Shown piece after piece: positions 13,414-27,195 of a stretch of 64,000 bases of DNA. The stretch is from Octopus vulgaris. Taxonomy: Eukaryota. A model generated the notes under the pieces. The model saw only the letters and a program-made list of their open reading frames with translations. It was not told where the DNA came from and made no database searches. A program made the translations under genes and the position numbers. The stretch covers positions 75,330,001 to 75,394,000 of the forward strand of contig OX597821.1 in assembly GCA_951406725.2 (NCBI GenBank), in the 5' to 3' direction. Numbering within the stretch: position 1 is the first letter of the stretch; every line of letters begins with the position of its first letter.

Positions 13414-14914
13414 TAGCTTAAAAAGAGTGAGTCATCTATAAATGATGTTTCTTAGTTGCTGGTCCTGATATAGATAATAAAAATAAATCCGTGAATAAAA
13501 GAAGGTAAAACAAGATACCTTGGAAACTAGAACTATGCAACTGTTTCCATATTCTAACAGAAAACAAAGTTCCTTCTTTACTTGGATATATGAAAATGGG
13601 AAACTATTGTAGTGAAATAGAAACACTAGTCGAAGCTACAGGATTTATGTGGTTTGAGCCCTAGTTTCCGCCATTTTCCCTCCAAAGTTTTATTAACTCT
13701 ATGTATTATTAGCTATAATATGTGGAGTGGTATTCGAGTTATACTATTTGCAGAAGACATATTTACACGATTGCCACGTTCTAAATGCAAACTAACCAAA
13801 TATGGTGTGGCTCATGCTTTTATGGCGACTTGAATCTATTTATTCTCAAATCAGGTTTGTTTATTATTAATAATGATCACTTGTTATTTATATTCATAGT
13901 TATTCTAATAAAGATGACTTATTAGCGATACAGATTAATTTTGATTATTGTCAACATAAATTAGGCTAATTTTGTTTGCTGCTAATGTATATGTTAGTAA
14001 ATTTGATAAACTATATACAGAGATAATTTTAAATCTACCGCAAATACTATAAATTAACGTAGTAGATATTTCAATAAACTTAATATTTGGGAATAAATCT
14101 GAACATTCAGACACTTGTTTCAAATATTTTTTCAAAATCGCTAACACGTTCATTACTTTCACTGTCTCCTTATATGGACATTTATAGACTAGAAAACATA
14201 TCGTTTGTTACAAAGAAAATCAGAAACTATGTAATGAATTTAGTAAATGAAAAATATATAAATAAAAACATTAGCATATTCCATTAAAACAAGAAAAATA
14301 CAAAGCAAACGTAATGGTGCTTTTTAATTTAGTGATTGGAATCGATGTACGATATTATTGTCTCTGAGATGGTTCTGGATAATAGGCACCAGTAGTGTCA
14401 TGGTGTTGTCAGCAGCAAAGATCTTCTGGCTGCCAACGGTTGACACATATTTTCCATTTACACAATCGATTAATGCAGATGATGTTTGTAGAAATGTCAT
14501 GTTGGAATGGCCAAGCTAGAGTGATTATAAGCAGAGGTCAGAGATGTGAGATGCAGGCAGCAAGCTTAGAACAGGCGTTCAAGGAAGTAGGCTACAACGA
14601 AGACAGTAAAACGAAATTTACACAAAGAGTGAGAGTTCATAGACAGTTGGAAATTTGGAACAAATTTAAAAGAAATACTTGCAGAAAAATAATGCCATTT
14701 ATATTTTTGAATTTATTCATTTTATTTTACTATTTTTACACTTGTTATCGCTTTTTTTATATATTTATTTTTCAAAACTTTTACGATTAATTTAATGTAT
14801 ACAGAATGTCGTTCAACGAAAAATAAAATTGTTTCAAACACAACATACACAATAACAGGAAATTTGTCTTAGTTACAACAGATTCTATACAAGTAGTACT
14901 AAAACGACTGCGAC

Positions 14915-15019
14915 TACTAACAATAACAACCACAACAACATCAATAACAACAGCAACAATAATAAAAATAATAATAATGATAATAATAATAATAACAACA
15001 ATAATAATAATACTAATAC

Positions 15020-15076
<57 letters not shown>

Positions 15077-15094
15077 TTATAATAATAATAATAA
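14915..15094. repeat. (AAC)n/(AAT)n microsatellite
   Basis: direct reading. Confidence 0.9.
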
Positions 15095-15300
15095 TGGCTT
15101 GATTAGAAGGCTCGACTTTTTAATTTTCGCTGTATAAATCTTAATTAGTTTTCTTATGCATTCTGAAATAAAATTTGTTACTCAAATTTTAAAGAGTTTA
15201 TGTAAAGTTGTACCGATTCTTCTTAGCTAAAAACTGTTACCATCACAAGAGAGCTTTTATATTTAATTTTCACATACTTATTCATTTATTGTTGCCTTAT

Positions 15301-15349
<49 letters not shown>

Positions 15350-16151
15350 GTCGTCGTCGTCGTCGTCGTCGTCATCATTTAATCTGAACTGTTTAAGCTG
15401 TAGTAATTAAACCTGAAATAACAGTATGAAGTTTAATGATGTAGCGTTGCGTCGTCTCCAATAAATAGGGAAAGAAACTTCAGATCTTTGAAACAGAAAA
15501 CGTGCATTTAAAATGTGATTATGTATAGTGTAAAATAGGAAAGAAAGATGGAAAGAAGCAAAGCTAAGAAAGAATGAAAAATGGAAAGTAATTCTGAACA
15601 AAAAAAAAATAAAACAAAACAAAAAAACACTGTAAAAATAAAAAACAAACAAACGAAAACAACAATAACAAAAACCTGAAGTGCATTCCAAATAGTTCTA
15701 AAATTTAAACTGATTATTGATCAGAAAAGTGATTAAAATAAACTTTTAACAGAAAAAATATAGAACACAGTTTTAAAATACAAACATTAAAAGTAAAATA
15801 TAACTTAAAAAAACTGAACGTGTCGGTGTTTGATCAAAAGACTCGAATCACATGTAAGCTACAAGAAAAACAAATCTTCAGAGCTGAAGAAGAAGAAGAA
15901 GAAGAAGAAGAAGAAGAACAACAACAACAATATCAGCAAGAAGGAAAACAACAGCAACATAAAACGCAAAAATACATGATTTAAGATATAAAATTCTAGA
16001 AAGGGGATAAATACCTCATCAAATAAGTAAAAATGGAAAATAAGTAAAAAAAAAGAAATCAAGTAAAAATACTCGAGTACAGAGAAGATGACAATGATAA
16101 GAAAATTGGTAAAGAAGAAAAGAGAAAAAGAACAAGGAGGAGGAAGAGGCA

Positions 16152-16301
16152 AAGAAGAAGAAGAAGAAGAAGAAGAAGAAGAAGAAGAAGAAGAAGAAGA
16201 AGAAGAAGAAGAAGAAGAAGAAGAAGAAGAAGAAGAAGAAGAAGAAGAAGAAGAAGAAGAAGAAGAAGAAGAAGAAGAAGAAGAAGAAGAAGAAGAAGAA
16301 G
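16152..16301. repeat. (GAA)n microsatellite, about 49 units
   Basis: direct reading; source of the poly-E and poly-L ORFs. Confidence 0.95.
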
Positions 16302-16494
16302 CAAGCTAGTAAAAGTCGATATTATCAGCAAAGTAGACGTATTAAGATAAAAGATTTCTAAGAAAAGGTTTTAAAAAAACCTGCCTATCAAAGTTGTTCA
16401 CAGATTACTTGTATATTCCACAACATTCTTCCACCATACACACTGTGGCCTTTTCAAATATAGACAATGTTTATATCTAGGTCCTGAAAGAGCT

Positions 16495-16690
<196 letters not shown>

Positions 16691-17199
16691 TCTACGTGTC
16701 TGTCTTTCTGTCTGTCATAGTGTCTAATCATTAATCTATTTAGTTACTCCCTCTGTCTTTATCTTTCTCTGTACATATGTTTATGTATATATGAATACAT
16801 ACATATGCACGCATACAGACCCACACACGCACACAGACTCACATACACATACAATGCTGCGGCTCCGCCTTAAATAAATTCAAACATTTTTTAATTTAAA
16901 ATGTTTTCCAACTAATAACTATATGAATAAACGGCGCACAAGTCGAATGCCATCTTTTCTTTCGCATAGAAATTATATCTTCTTTATAATATACATACAT
17001 ATTTACATACATACAAATATATGTACAATAGACACGTAGATATATGCGTGTGAGTATGCATGACAGTAGAAATATGAATGCATATTACTTTATAGATCTG
17101 TAGGCTTCAGCCAGAGGCTGAGGGCATGCAGGGGCATCGCCTTTCATTGTGATTGGTTTCTTTTCTGCATTGCTTCTGGTGAAGTAGCGAGATGGACGG

Positions 17200-18580
17200 A
17201 GCTGTCCTTCTTTCTGTCTCCTTCTGCGATGTAGGTTTATATGGTATCTCACATGAAATTTTATCCAGACATTATTTGAAGACCTCCATATCTACACTTC
17301 ATGTACTTTTGAGGCTGTTTGGCAGAATTTAGAATAGTCGCGGATCTCTGAAACTCAAACTATTACAGTACTGGGTCTTTATTCTAGATGGAAAAAACGG
17401 AGTCTTTTGTAATATGCAGATCCGTTTATTTTGGTGGTTGGTTCAGCTTTCTGTTCTCAAGCTGGGAGCTAGGCTTTCCATAATCTTCCTGATGTATATC
17501 ATTGCCTATCATTCATCCCCCGTCTCTCTTGAAAGTAGAACTTATGTTCCCCTGGCCTCTCTCAGTAGCTCGTCTGTTGCACCTGATCAGTCTTCTTACT
17601 GTCGTGACGCTGGATTGCCTCAAGTTCCGCCCAGGCCATGACATTTAGTTAATTATTTCGGGAAACCATGGACCACTCGAGCAGAGAGTTGTTGTTTATC
17701 CAGTATTTCCTGGATGAATTTGTCCAGGTACCGTTTGAAAGTTGTGGGGTCTTTTTCTACTTTAATTTCTTTTGGGATAACATTGAAAAGTGCAGGACCA
17801 TTTGCAGTGAAGAAATTGCGTCGCAATGTTCTTATGTGATATGATCTCGATCTTTGTAGGGGGCTCAATGCACGGAGACCTAGTTTTGGATGAATTGTAA
17901 ACGTAATACCAATATCATTTGGATAATATTGGTGGAATATTTTCTACAAGGTGCAAATAATGTATCACTCACAGCGGAGTTGCCGAGAATAGAGCTTCAC
18001 CTGTTTAAGTCGAGCCCTATAATCAAGCCCCATCATACCATTTATTTTTTTTTTGTGTGTGATTGATCATTGTGGCGCTTCGATTATCATTATATCTTGT
18101 TTTTTGTTTTTTTTGTAGTGGACCACAGTGGGATGCAGTATTTGCGGTGGGACCTAGGTAATGTGGAGAAGAGAAGGATGATGATTTCATGATCCCTAGA
18201 TCGGAAAGTTCTGAGGATCCATGAACACATTCTGCGGGCAACATTGACTTTCTTCTTGATGTATACACTCCAACTAAGGTTGCTGTCGACAGTTACGCCT
18301 AAATCTCTGATATTATCGACGGTTCAACTAGGTCACCTGACAGTAGTGTACATGGTTGTTTTAGTGTGCCCTCTCTTCCAAAGTGGATTAGCTCAAACGT
18401 TTCTTCGTTCAACTTCATATTGTTTTATTTTTGTGTGCCCACAGGGTTACTGCGCATAGGTCCGATTGAAACATCATTCGATCATATGTTCCCTTAATGA
18501 CTTTCTGGAGCTTAGAGTCACCTGCAAATATTTTTATGGTGCTAGGTTCAATGGAATCTGCAGTGTCATCAACTTTATTA
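17200..18580 (-). pseudogene. CR1/L2-group LINE ORF2 3' part (RT C-terminal half), decayed
   Basis: IKIFAGDSKL...D..MFQSDL..V..WA (FADD motif region) in ORF 18415-18756; GPALFNVIPKEIK...FKRYLDKFIQ terminal motif in ORF 17653-17868; a second IIYIRKIME segment at about 17470. Confidence 0.75.
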
Positions 18581-19812
18581 GAAACAGCAAAAATATCACA
18601 AAAACTCAGTTTCAGGTTCCCGTTCGTTGGACATTTTTGTTTCGAACAGAACAAAATAATGTTATATGCAACTACTTTGATAGATAAACATTTGAAAATG
18701 GTTGTTGTTTCATTGGTCCTTTCATTTAAAGGTCTTTTCAATAACCGGTTGCACAAAATTACAATTGCAGTTTAAAATCATAAAATCGAAGAAACCCTTA
18801 AATCAAAAATAGTTCACGTAGAAGGAAAAAGTCCTAAATACCCAGGGTAAATAATTAGTGGTAAAAATAATAATAAATCTAAGTCAATTATAAGATATAT
18901 CCGTTTTAAAAAAGTTTCACGCTAAAATACATATACATTTAGCAATACATACAAGTATAAAACAACCTATATATACATATATACACTAAACACAGGCGTA
19001 GGTACATGGCTACATACACATACAGACAAATATAGGTAAAACATAAATATATACAAATGTGTATATATGTATACACGCACACAGACGCACGCGCATAATA
19101 TCTTGTGGTCTATGGCTATACAACTTAGTTGTTGCAGGAGCAAGAAAGAAAACGAAAAGAAAATAAGAGAATAACAAGTGGTGGGAGAAAGAAAAAGGAA
19201 AAAGAAGAAAAAGAAATAGAAGTAGAAAATTAGAAAGAGAAAGAGAAAAATTGATAGAGGTAGAAAGATGATTTGGAAGTTGACCTTCCTAAAAAGTATC
19301 TAACGAATGTTAGATACTTTGCTCAGCTTCCAAACGCACACATATAAAACGACATGTATATCTACATAAAGACAAACATACAAATGCACACGCATATAGA
19401 CACGCATACAAATATAGAAATAAATATATACGTAAACATACTCACACACACACACACATAGACATGTCTTTACATCACGATAACTATATAGACCATAACG
19501 TATATACGCATACAAACATTTTATAAAAACTGTTTGGTATATAGAATATTAAAATAAGGAAGTTGTATATATGAAAACGAAAAGGGTAAAAATGAGTAAA
19601 AAATAAACTTCGGCGAAACTTAAGCATAAATTTGTAAAACAGTCGAATCCTTTCTTAAAGTACGGACGTAAAATATAGAATGGGAAGTCGAAATATGCAA
19701 TAGCCATGGCTGGTTGCTGAGGGATTTTTCTGCTCTGTAAGGATTTTATTCTATATATGCTGTTCTATCAGTACTTACGCGTTGAAGAATATATCTTTCT
19801 ACTTGTATATAT

Positions 19813-19879
<67 letters not shown>

Positions 19880-19897
19880 CATATATATATATATATA

Positions 19898-20196
19898 CTA
19901 GCAGTATCGCCCGGCGTTGCTCAGGTTTTTAAGGGAAATAACTATATAAGCATTTTTAGAGAGTTACTTCCCTTATATAATAGCAAAAGAATGCATTAAA
20001 AATGGGAAAAAATTATGGTAATTTTTTTTAAAAATCGTAGACTCATCGTAGACGCACGCTAATACCCAGAAGGGCTCGATATGAATCACGACTATAAGAT
20101 ACCCGCTTTTGGTTAAACTGCACCGCAAAATGTGGGAGTAGTTAGGAATCTAAATCGTAGGAGACAGACACACAACTTTACTTTTATATATAAAGA
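19898..20196 (-). mobile_element. non-autonomous Helitron-like element inserted in (TA)n
   Basis: minus strand 5' TCtttatatataaaag... and 3' hairpin cctg-agcaacgc-cggg about 8 nt before terminal CTAG (19898-19901); inserted between A and T with no TSD. Confidence 0.75.
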
Positions 20197-20221
20197 TATA
20201 TGTGTGTATCTATATATATAT

Positions 20222-20284
<63 letters not shown>

Positions 20285-20329
20285 TGTAATTTCAAAAACT
20301 AAATCTGACTTGTAATTAGAATATATTTT

Positions 20330-21190
20330 GGAGGATATGGCTGGCGTGCAGTGAATTCCTCCAGAGAATAGTTAAATATAATACGCATTGATGACGGCAC
20401 CCTTATAGGACACTAGCTGTCAGGGTCTTCAGCGAAGTTTTTGTATTTATTTTTGATAGTTGGCGCCATATGACATATAGGTTAGGACGCCCTTGTGGTT
20501 TGTTTCACCTATGCTGACAAGATTAACCATGTGATTACTGAAAGTGGGGCAGTATTGGTTCTTCAGAAACTCAGTCTTTTCTGCATGTGTTATCTTCATC
20601 TATCAATGGTCCAACAGATGATACGGTGACCTTATGCCTTTTCACGAATGAGACAAACACTTTGGTATTGACGTTTATTTTCTCAATGGCCAACATTTCG
20701 TCTACTGTTCTTTGGCTATCGATGGTAGTCTTCACGCAGTTTTGAAGATAATGTTTCTTTGATTCCAGTAAAGCTATATCTGTCAAGTGCGGGCATTGCA
20801 GCTGACGATATATTAGCCTGAATTTGCTCATGGACCATAGTGGAATGTGATGGGAATATATATTTGTGACAATGCCCACAAATAATTGCCAGAATGTATT
20901 TACACTGCTTGAGAGAGTGAGTAAAAAGACAAGCAACGAGCGTAGGGCCGTGGGTGATTGCCGTCCTGTTACAGTTCTGTTGATCCATATGATCAAAAGG
21001 GTATGCTGATGCGAGATCGTTCTGAATCACTTTTAGATGTAGGAATATCAAAATACATATCGTGGTCGGAATGGAAAATTTTTTCTACGGTAATATAATG
21101 AATAGTGTTCATGTGGCTATTAAAGTCCAAAGTGAGTTGTTGAATCTTCTTGGCACGAGCACAAGCATATCTCTGCAACAATATCTCGCT
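20330..21190 (-). pseudogene. CR1-group LINE ORF2 fragment (end of APE endonuclease and linker)
   Basis: VEKIFHSDH (endonuclease SDH motif) in ORF 20993-21250; KINVNTKVFVSFVK...VSSVGPLID in ORF 20571-20996. Confidence 0.7.
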
Positions 21191-21193
21191 ACT

Positions 21194-21273
21194 AGAATGG
21201 GCTGTGGTACACAGAATGGGATATGGTACACAGAATGGGATATGGTACACAGAATGGGCTATGGTTCACAGAA
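21194..21273 (+). repeat. 19-bp minisatellite x4 (agaatgggatatggtacac)
   Basis: four adjacent near-identical units. Confidence 0.9.
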
Positions 21274-21280
21274 ATAAATT

Positions 21281-21380
21281 TTAGACAATTCTGGCACATA
21301 AATATAAATTTCGTTTCATTATCTATACACAGTTACATATCTATCTGTCTATCTATCTATTTATCTATCTCTCTGTCTGA

Positions 21381-21472
<92 letters not shown>

Positions 21473-21537
21473 ATATGTAATGTACCCGTGCATAGATAAT
21501 GAAACGAAATTTATATTTATATGGCAGAATTGTTTAA
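21281..21537. mobile_element. MITE-like element: about 45-bp inverted repeats around (ATCT)n
   Basis: 21281-21325 ttagacaattctggcacataaatataaatttcgtttcattatcta matches the reverse complement of 21493-21537 with 3 mismatches. Confidence 0.7.
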
Positions 21538-21569
21538 TCAGAATAGAAAGGACTTGAGACTGACCTGCC

Positions 21570-21708
21570 TGATATTTGGTTCAGGCCCACGGCGTGACAC
21601 ATTGAGCAATCGTCTTCTGTTATAGCCTCGGGACGACCAAAGCCTTGTGAGCGGATTTGGTAGACGGAAATTGAAAGAAGACCGTCGTATTTATGTGTGT
21701 ATGTGTGT

Positions 21709-21780
<72 letters not shown>

Positions 21781-21790
21781 GAGTGTGGAT
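21570..21790 (+). mobile_element. 5'-truncated SINE family B
   Basis: tcttctgttatagcctcgggacgaccaaagccttgtgagcggatttggtagacggaaattgaaagaag followed by (GT)n. Confidence 0.8.
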
Positions 21791-23029
21791 GTGGATGTGT
21801 GTGTGTGTGTGTTTCTGAAATATTCATATTTTAAATTTCATACGTTTAAGGTGGACATTGAACTACCTATTATTATATATGTGTAGGCTAAATCTGTGCC
21901 TCTTATTCAAAGAAGACATTTCATTCCTAAGTTGTTTAAACATTTAATACATTTATTCCCACCCCGAATATGACCATCATGATAAAAATGTACTATTTCC
22001 ATGATTGTAAACTCAATAAACTAAATAATTTTCGAAAAAAAAATAAAAGCTGTATCTAATGATATCTCATAAAGAAAATTCAATTTGAATTATTTGTCAA
22101 ATAACCTAAACTGGAAACCTTTAAAGGCCAAAGTTCCGTGGAAGCCGAATCAAGTAAATTTATTTTGAATGATTCAAAGACAATGCTTTGCTATTTCTAT
22201 TTTCTAGATTTAACTAATGACTTTTATATAATTTTTCTCATTTTAAAATAATTTGACATCAGCTCACATTTCTCAGACATTTAGTAGTCGTGTGTCATGA
22301 ATGGTGAGCTCTTTTAACTTGTACTGCTCTCTCTTTGTACTGCAATCGGAGCTGTCAAAAGTGACACTTCAAATTGACACATGGATGTAGCACTGTTAGA
22401 TCTCCTGCCCCACTCCATCTCAAATGAACTTGATTTTAAATTACTCTAAAATTAAAATATTCCAGTGTTGACGTGGCCAGTTTCACTACTAAATTCGCCA
22501 TGACTACCAACAACTAATTATAAAACTAAACTTAATATTAAATAAACTTCAGCTGTGAAAAATGAGAAATAGTTTCTTGGGGTCAATTAAAATCAGTTCT
22601 AAATTAGAAATATGATACATAAATGGCATGCGGTAACCGAATGATATTTATTCTGGCTTTTGACAAGCTGAGAGGAAAAATTGAGAAACATACAGTCATC
22701 ACAGAGACCGATATAACCATCGAATGATTTGAAGGAATATTTGACCAAAATAGACATTGCTGCCTTTAAACCCTTCACCGATTTCTAATCGTTAGATTTC
22801 GGATTATCAAACCAGTAAATGAAATCATCAATTAGTGGTAGTTATTAACTGAACTCGAAGTGAGATATGGCTAGTAACAGTGGTTCACCATATTTGAATA
22901 ATCCTGTTTATCTGTTTGCCTCCTTTAACGAATACTTTTTTTCAATAAGCATAAATGCTGTCATAATTATAACAAAAACAAAGAAATCCAGTCGTATATT
23001 TAAAACAGTAATAAACTCATCTTTTATTT

Positions 23030-23400
23030 TTTAACTGCTTCAGTTATTAGACTGCGGCCATGCTGGGGCACAGCCTTGAAGAATTCTTAATCGAATGAAC
23101 TGATGCCGGAACTTACATTTTTGAAGCCTGGTGCTTATTTTATCTGTTTTTGCCCAACTAAGTTATACACGAACACCAGTTGTTAAGCGGTGGTAAAGGA
23201 AAAACATATACACACACGCATACACACAAACACACACACGGGTACACACACACACGCACACACTCGCACACACATACACACACAAATATACGACGAACTT
23301 CTTTCAGTTTGTGTCTACCAAATCCGCTCGCAAGACTTTGGCCGGCCCGAGGCTATAACAGAAGACACTTGCCCAAGGTGTCACGCTGAGGGGGCTGAAC
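23030..23400 (-). mobile_element. 5'-truncated SINE family B
   Basis: tail cttcagttattagactgcggccatgctggggcac, internal (CA)n, core ttctttcagtttgtgtctaccaaatcc. Confidence 0.8.
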
Positions 23401-23798
23401 CAAATATCAGTCATTTCTATTCCGATTATCCCGTGAAGCATCCGGTAGAATCGAGGGGCCAAAGAATTCTGAAAGTTGTCCATATTCCCTGCGTTAAGTG
23501 CGCTTCGTAATAAGTTTTTCAGATGTGCTCCCATTGCACTGACTCTCCCTAACATTTGCCGACACTCTAGCTCCCTACAAATACATAACAGAATGCAAAT
23601 ATTTACATACTGAGGGCACATTACCCAACTGATTTATAGCTGTGCGCTTCTGAGGGAACTTCCTTCGGTGCCAGGCGCTCAATATTTGTCTTCGCTTGAC
23701 GAAAGTTTCCATAATAATTGTTCTTCAAATGAAATATCTAACTAGATGAACGCTTCCTTTCCACAAGAAGCTAAAGAAGAGCCACTTCAATCTCATCG

Positions 23799-23927
23799 GT
23801 AACGTAGGTGAGGCATTCATTCGTAACGTAGGTGAGGTATGCATTCGTAACGTAGGTGAGGAATGCATTTGTAACGTAGGCGAGGTATGCATTCGTAACG
23901 TAGGTGAGGTATGCATTCGTAACGTAG
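23799..23927 (+). repeat. 24-bp minisatellite x5.4 (gtaacgtaggtgaggtatgcattc)
   Basis: head-to-tail units with no spacers; reads as TLRMHTSP repeats in the minus-strand ORF. Confidence 0.95.
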
Positions 23928-24229
23928 TTTTCAATCCTTCTTGCTCATAAGTCTGTTCCACTTCTTCCTCATCCAGACCCGAACTAGATTGCAAGCCACT
24001 TAAAAGATTGTAGGCCTAGTGCCCCACGATGCTGGCCTACGTGAACTAGCGTCTCCAGGAACCGATATTTTCAGTGTCAATTCTCCCTGATTAAAACAGC
24101 TAAGCATGCTACCAGTGTACCACCAGTTACAATAGACGGTAGACAAAACAAGAGCGAACAGAACTAATATATGCGTGTGTGTGTGTGTGTGTGTATGTGT
24201 GTGTGTGTGTCTATCAATGTTGGTCTCAG

Positions 24230-25210
24230 GACAAACCAAACGAACCTGCCGATTTACCCTTCACATAACAACTCTCGACATCTTAGCTGCCAGATAAGAG
24301 CTTTTGTAATACATCTTACTGCACCATTTCCGGCTCACCGCGATTTCCAAATAACTGAAACAAATAAAAGAACAAAAGAATACATTGTGAAATACCTCCA
24401 TCTCTGCCTTATGCCTGACCTCTTCTTCAGCTTCGGAGGATACAACTATGACCGGTGCCTCACATTCTTTTCGATGTTTATTGCCAACATTGAACGTTCC
24501 TCATCTCGTTGCGGAGGATCTTTTAAAGAGAGGTACAATCAGTGTGGCGAGAACCTCTGTTCCAGGAAATAGGTGTGCTGATGACAAGGCAATCGAATAA
24601 ACTTTTATGAAACATTCAAAAATTAAAAGTGGAAGTGGCTCGCATTGGCGGTCTGCAGACAAACTACAGTGCCTATCAAAGAGGGACAAAGTCAGGTGAA
24701 GAACGAGCCAAATTCCTTCAGGCTAAATTTTGTCTAGCGGGAATGTCTGATGAGGAAGACAAAGGACTGCAGCATAGGGATGTTCGTCCTTGTGAAATTG
24801 CGACCAGCGAGAAACTTGTCGAAAGGACCACTGCAGCAGCTATCGAGTGCTTCAACAACCCTTTCAACATCCCAGATGATGGAAAGTTGTACAATCTATC
24901 ATCTGGACCTCCGGCTTCTGAAGACATTGCGAAGGACATCCTCACTGCTGAGATTGTTGGTGAGCTAGCAAAGGAAATCTTCACAGAAAACTGACTAATG
25001 AAGATGGATAGCTTCTTTGATCCTTTAAACGCCCAAATTTGAAAACCTTGGCATACAAGTCTGTGAGACTCAATTTCTGTAAACAATGTTTTTAAATACA
25101 CGCGGCAGGGAAACAGCGTTTCACTTACTAGTGAAGTCTCCAGAACAGATCGATAGGAAACTTGACCTTGCCAAACTATCGACATACCCATTGACGCCTG
25201 TTTCATACGT
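24230..25210 (+). pseudogene. DNA transposon protein relic, most like Academ-type transposases
   Basis: frameshifted pieces read LFFSFGGYNYDRCLT...DKAIE.TFMKHSK...NYSAYQR...FNNPFNIPDDGKLYNLSSG..ASEDIAKDILTAEIVG...F.E...FFDPL, a motif series I associate with Academ/CXC-XPG transposon proteins (recall, not a search). Confidence 0.55.
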
Positions 25211-27195
25211 TTCTGATTGAATATTTGGAAACGATGCTGAAACTACGCTTCAAAGCATATGTGGGTTTTTTTTCCAGTATCAATTCTTTTGGTTTGTCCT
25301 TTCTTAAAATTTTCTTTCTTGTAATATTTTAAATTCGTTTGCGTATAATCGAAAACTGTTTCGTTTTCTAGGGTGCGTATCCGGGATTAATTCCTCTAAG
25401 CAATTTTTAGTACCAATTTAGAAGAAATCATTTGTAATCGTGAGGAAATATGGGCATTTTTTCTTTTTTAGAAAACTAAAATAATAGATGAATAATAATT
25501 TATAGATTTTTCTACCTTAACTATTCGGATAGAGGTTCAAATGTTTCCGAATCACCTGCTTTCAGGCTAACATCTAGAAATCCCCCCACCCCCACAGAAG
25601 TGTTAAAATTTGAAAATTGTAATTTTGGTCATAATCTATTACATTAGGCGCGATGTGACAATACGTTCGTTCATTCCAAAAGATAATAGTGGAGGTTAAT
25701 TACAGAGGTACATGTCCATGAATTAGTGAAGAAGGATTCCAGAACTTAACTTCGATTTTATCTATCTAAAAAGCAGAGTAGTCAAAGTTGATTTCAGCAA
25801 GATTTGAACTCTCAACATACAGAGCCGTAACTATTTCTGTAGTTTATGTTGTCCGTTTTGCTATCGTTTCTACTAATTTGCTGTTTTCTTTTCACAACAC
25901 TGATCGAATTGCTGGTTAATTAGGTCAAAATAATTAATCGATTTTCTTTTACTTAATGATAATTAGAACTTAGATTTTAATTTCAGGGCGATGATGTGAG
26001 AACCATGCAGTGATGTTTCTTTTCTAACTGCTTAATTTACTCGCAAAATTTATAAGTTGAACTGAGTAAAATAATATGATAGACACTAATATTGTATCTT
26101 AAAAATATATTACCAGATACCGGGTGTATTTATTCTAATAAAGAAGCTTTAACGATGTAAAATATTTTAATAATGTATTATATGGTAATATATATCCTAT
26201 GGGCTAAATTTTCTGTGGCCATTCAACATTCTAAAAAGAAGAGCCAAATTTCTCTGAAACCTTTACCGTCCTTAGAAAGAACAAGTTGCACAATGTGTGA
26301 AAATATGAGATCCTAAATCGATCTGGCTTCACATAAGACAAAACAGTAACCTCATATGTGTAGGGAAGGGAGGTAGAGTCGCAGAAGTTCTCATTAAAAG
26401 CATGTTTCCTACTTTATATTTCTAGAAGAAAAGATAAGTTGAATCCGAAGAGATTTGGTTTCTGAACGAGAAGACCAGAATGAAATACTGTAAAACACAG
26501 AATTCTGCGTGTCGTAGACTAAAGTTTCTAATATCCTGTTGATGTATAGCTAAAATGTTATCATAATATTTCGTGCTAGTCTACAAGGGTGAAGACTAGT
26601 TTGCAGACAATATTTATTCCTTTCAGTAACGTAGAGAATGATATGAAACAATTAGTGTAGTTTGGATGAGAAGTTATTGAGTTTAAACTAATGAAAGAAA
26701 TAAAGAAACAGAAAAAGCTTGTTGTAAGAAGTGTTTGGTCCGTTCTTTTGTTGAATCGATATATAAAAGCATCGCCAATGGTTCTGAATAAATACATTGG
26801 AAGTAATGAGAAACAATAAAATAAGAAGAATGACTTCAGAGAGTGGTGGAAGAAAAGGAGAAGTTCTGAAACTAGAGGCTATAACTGAACGCTTGTAACA
26901 GCGGGAACTACGTTAAATGTTATCATGAATACAGAACGTCAAAACTGGAACCGCAAGGTAAATTGTCTGACATAATAACAATTCTACCATACTTCCTCCT
27001 TTCACTGGAATTTTATTTTATCGACCCCGAAAGAATTAAAACTTATAGCAACTTCGGCACAATTTGAACATAGGACGGAGAGAGTCGGATTAGCACCTAA
27101 AGCTTCTAACGATTCTGCTAATTTGCTAGAAATGAATGACAGATTTGTTGATTTATCTTATCCGCTCAATTCCCGAAGTTTTACTACGCAATACC

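Noticed and set aside
14395-14790. 131-aa ORF
   Set aside because: No recognisable motif, non-ATG start and low-complexity end; cannot be supported
23799-23927. CRISPR-like look of the 24-bp repeat
   Set aside because: Units are contiguous with no unique spacers, there are no cas genes, and the context is eukaryotic
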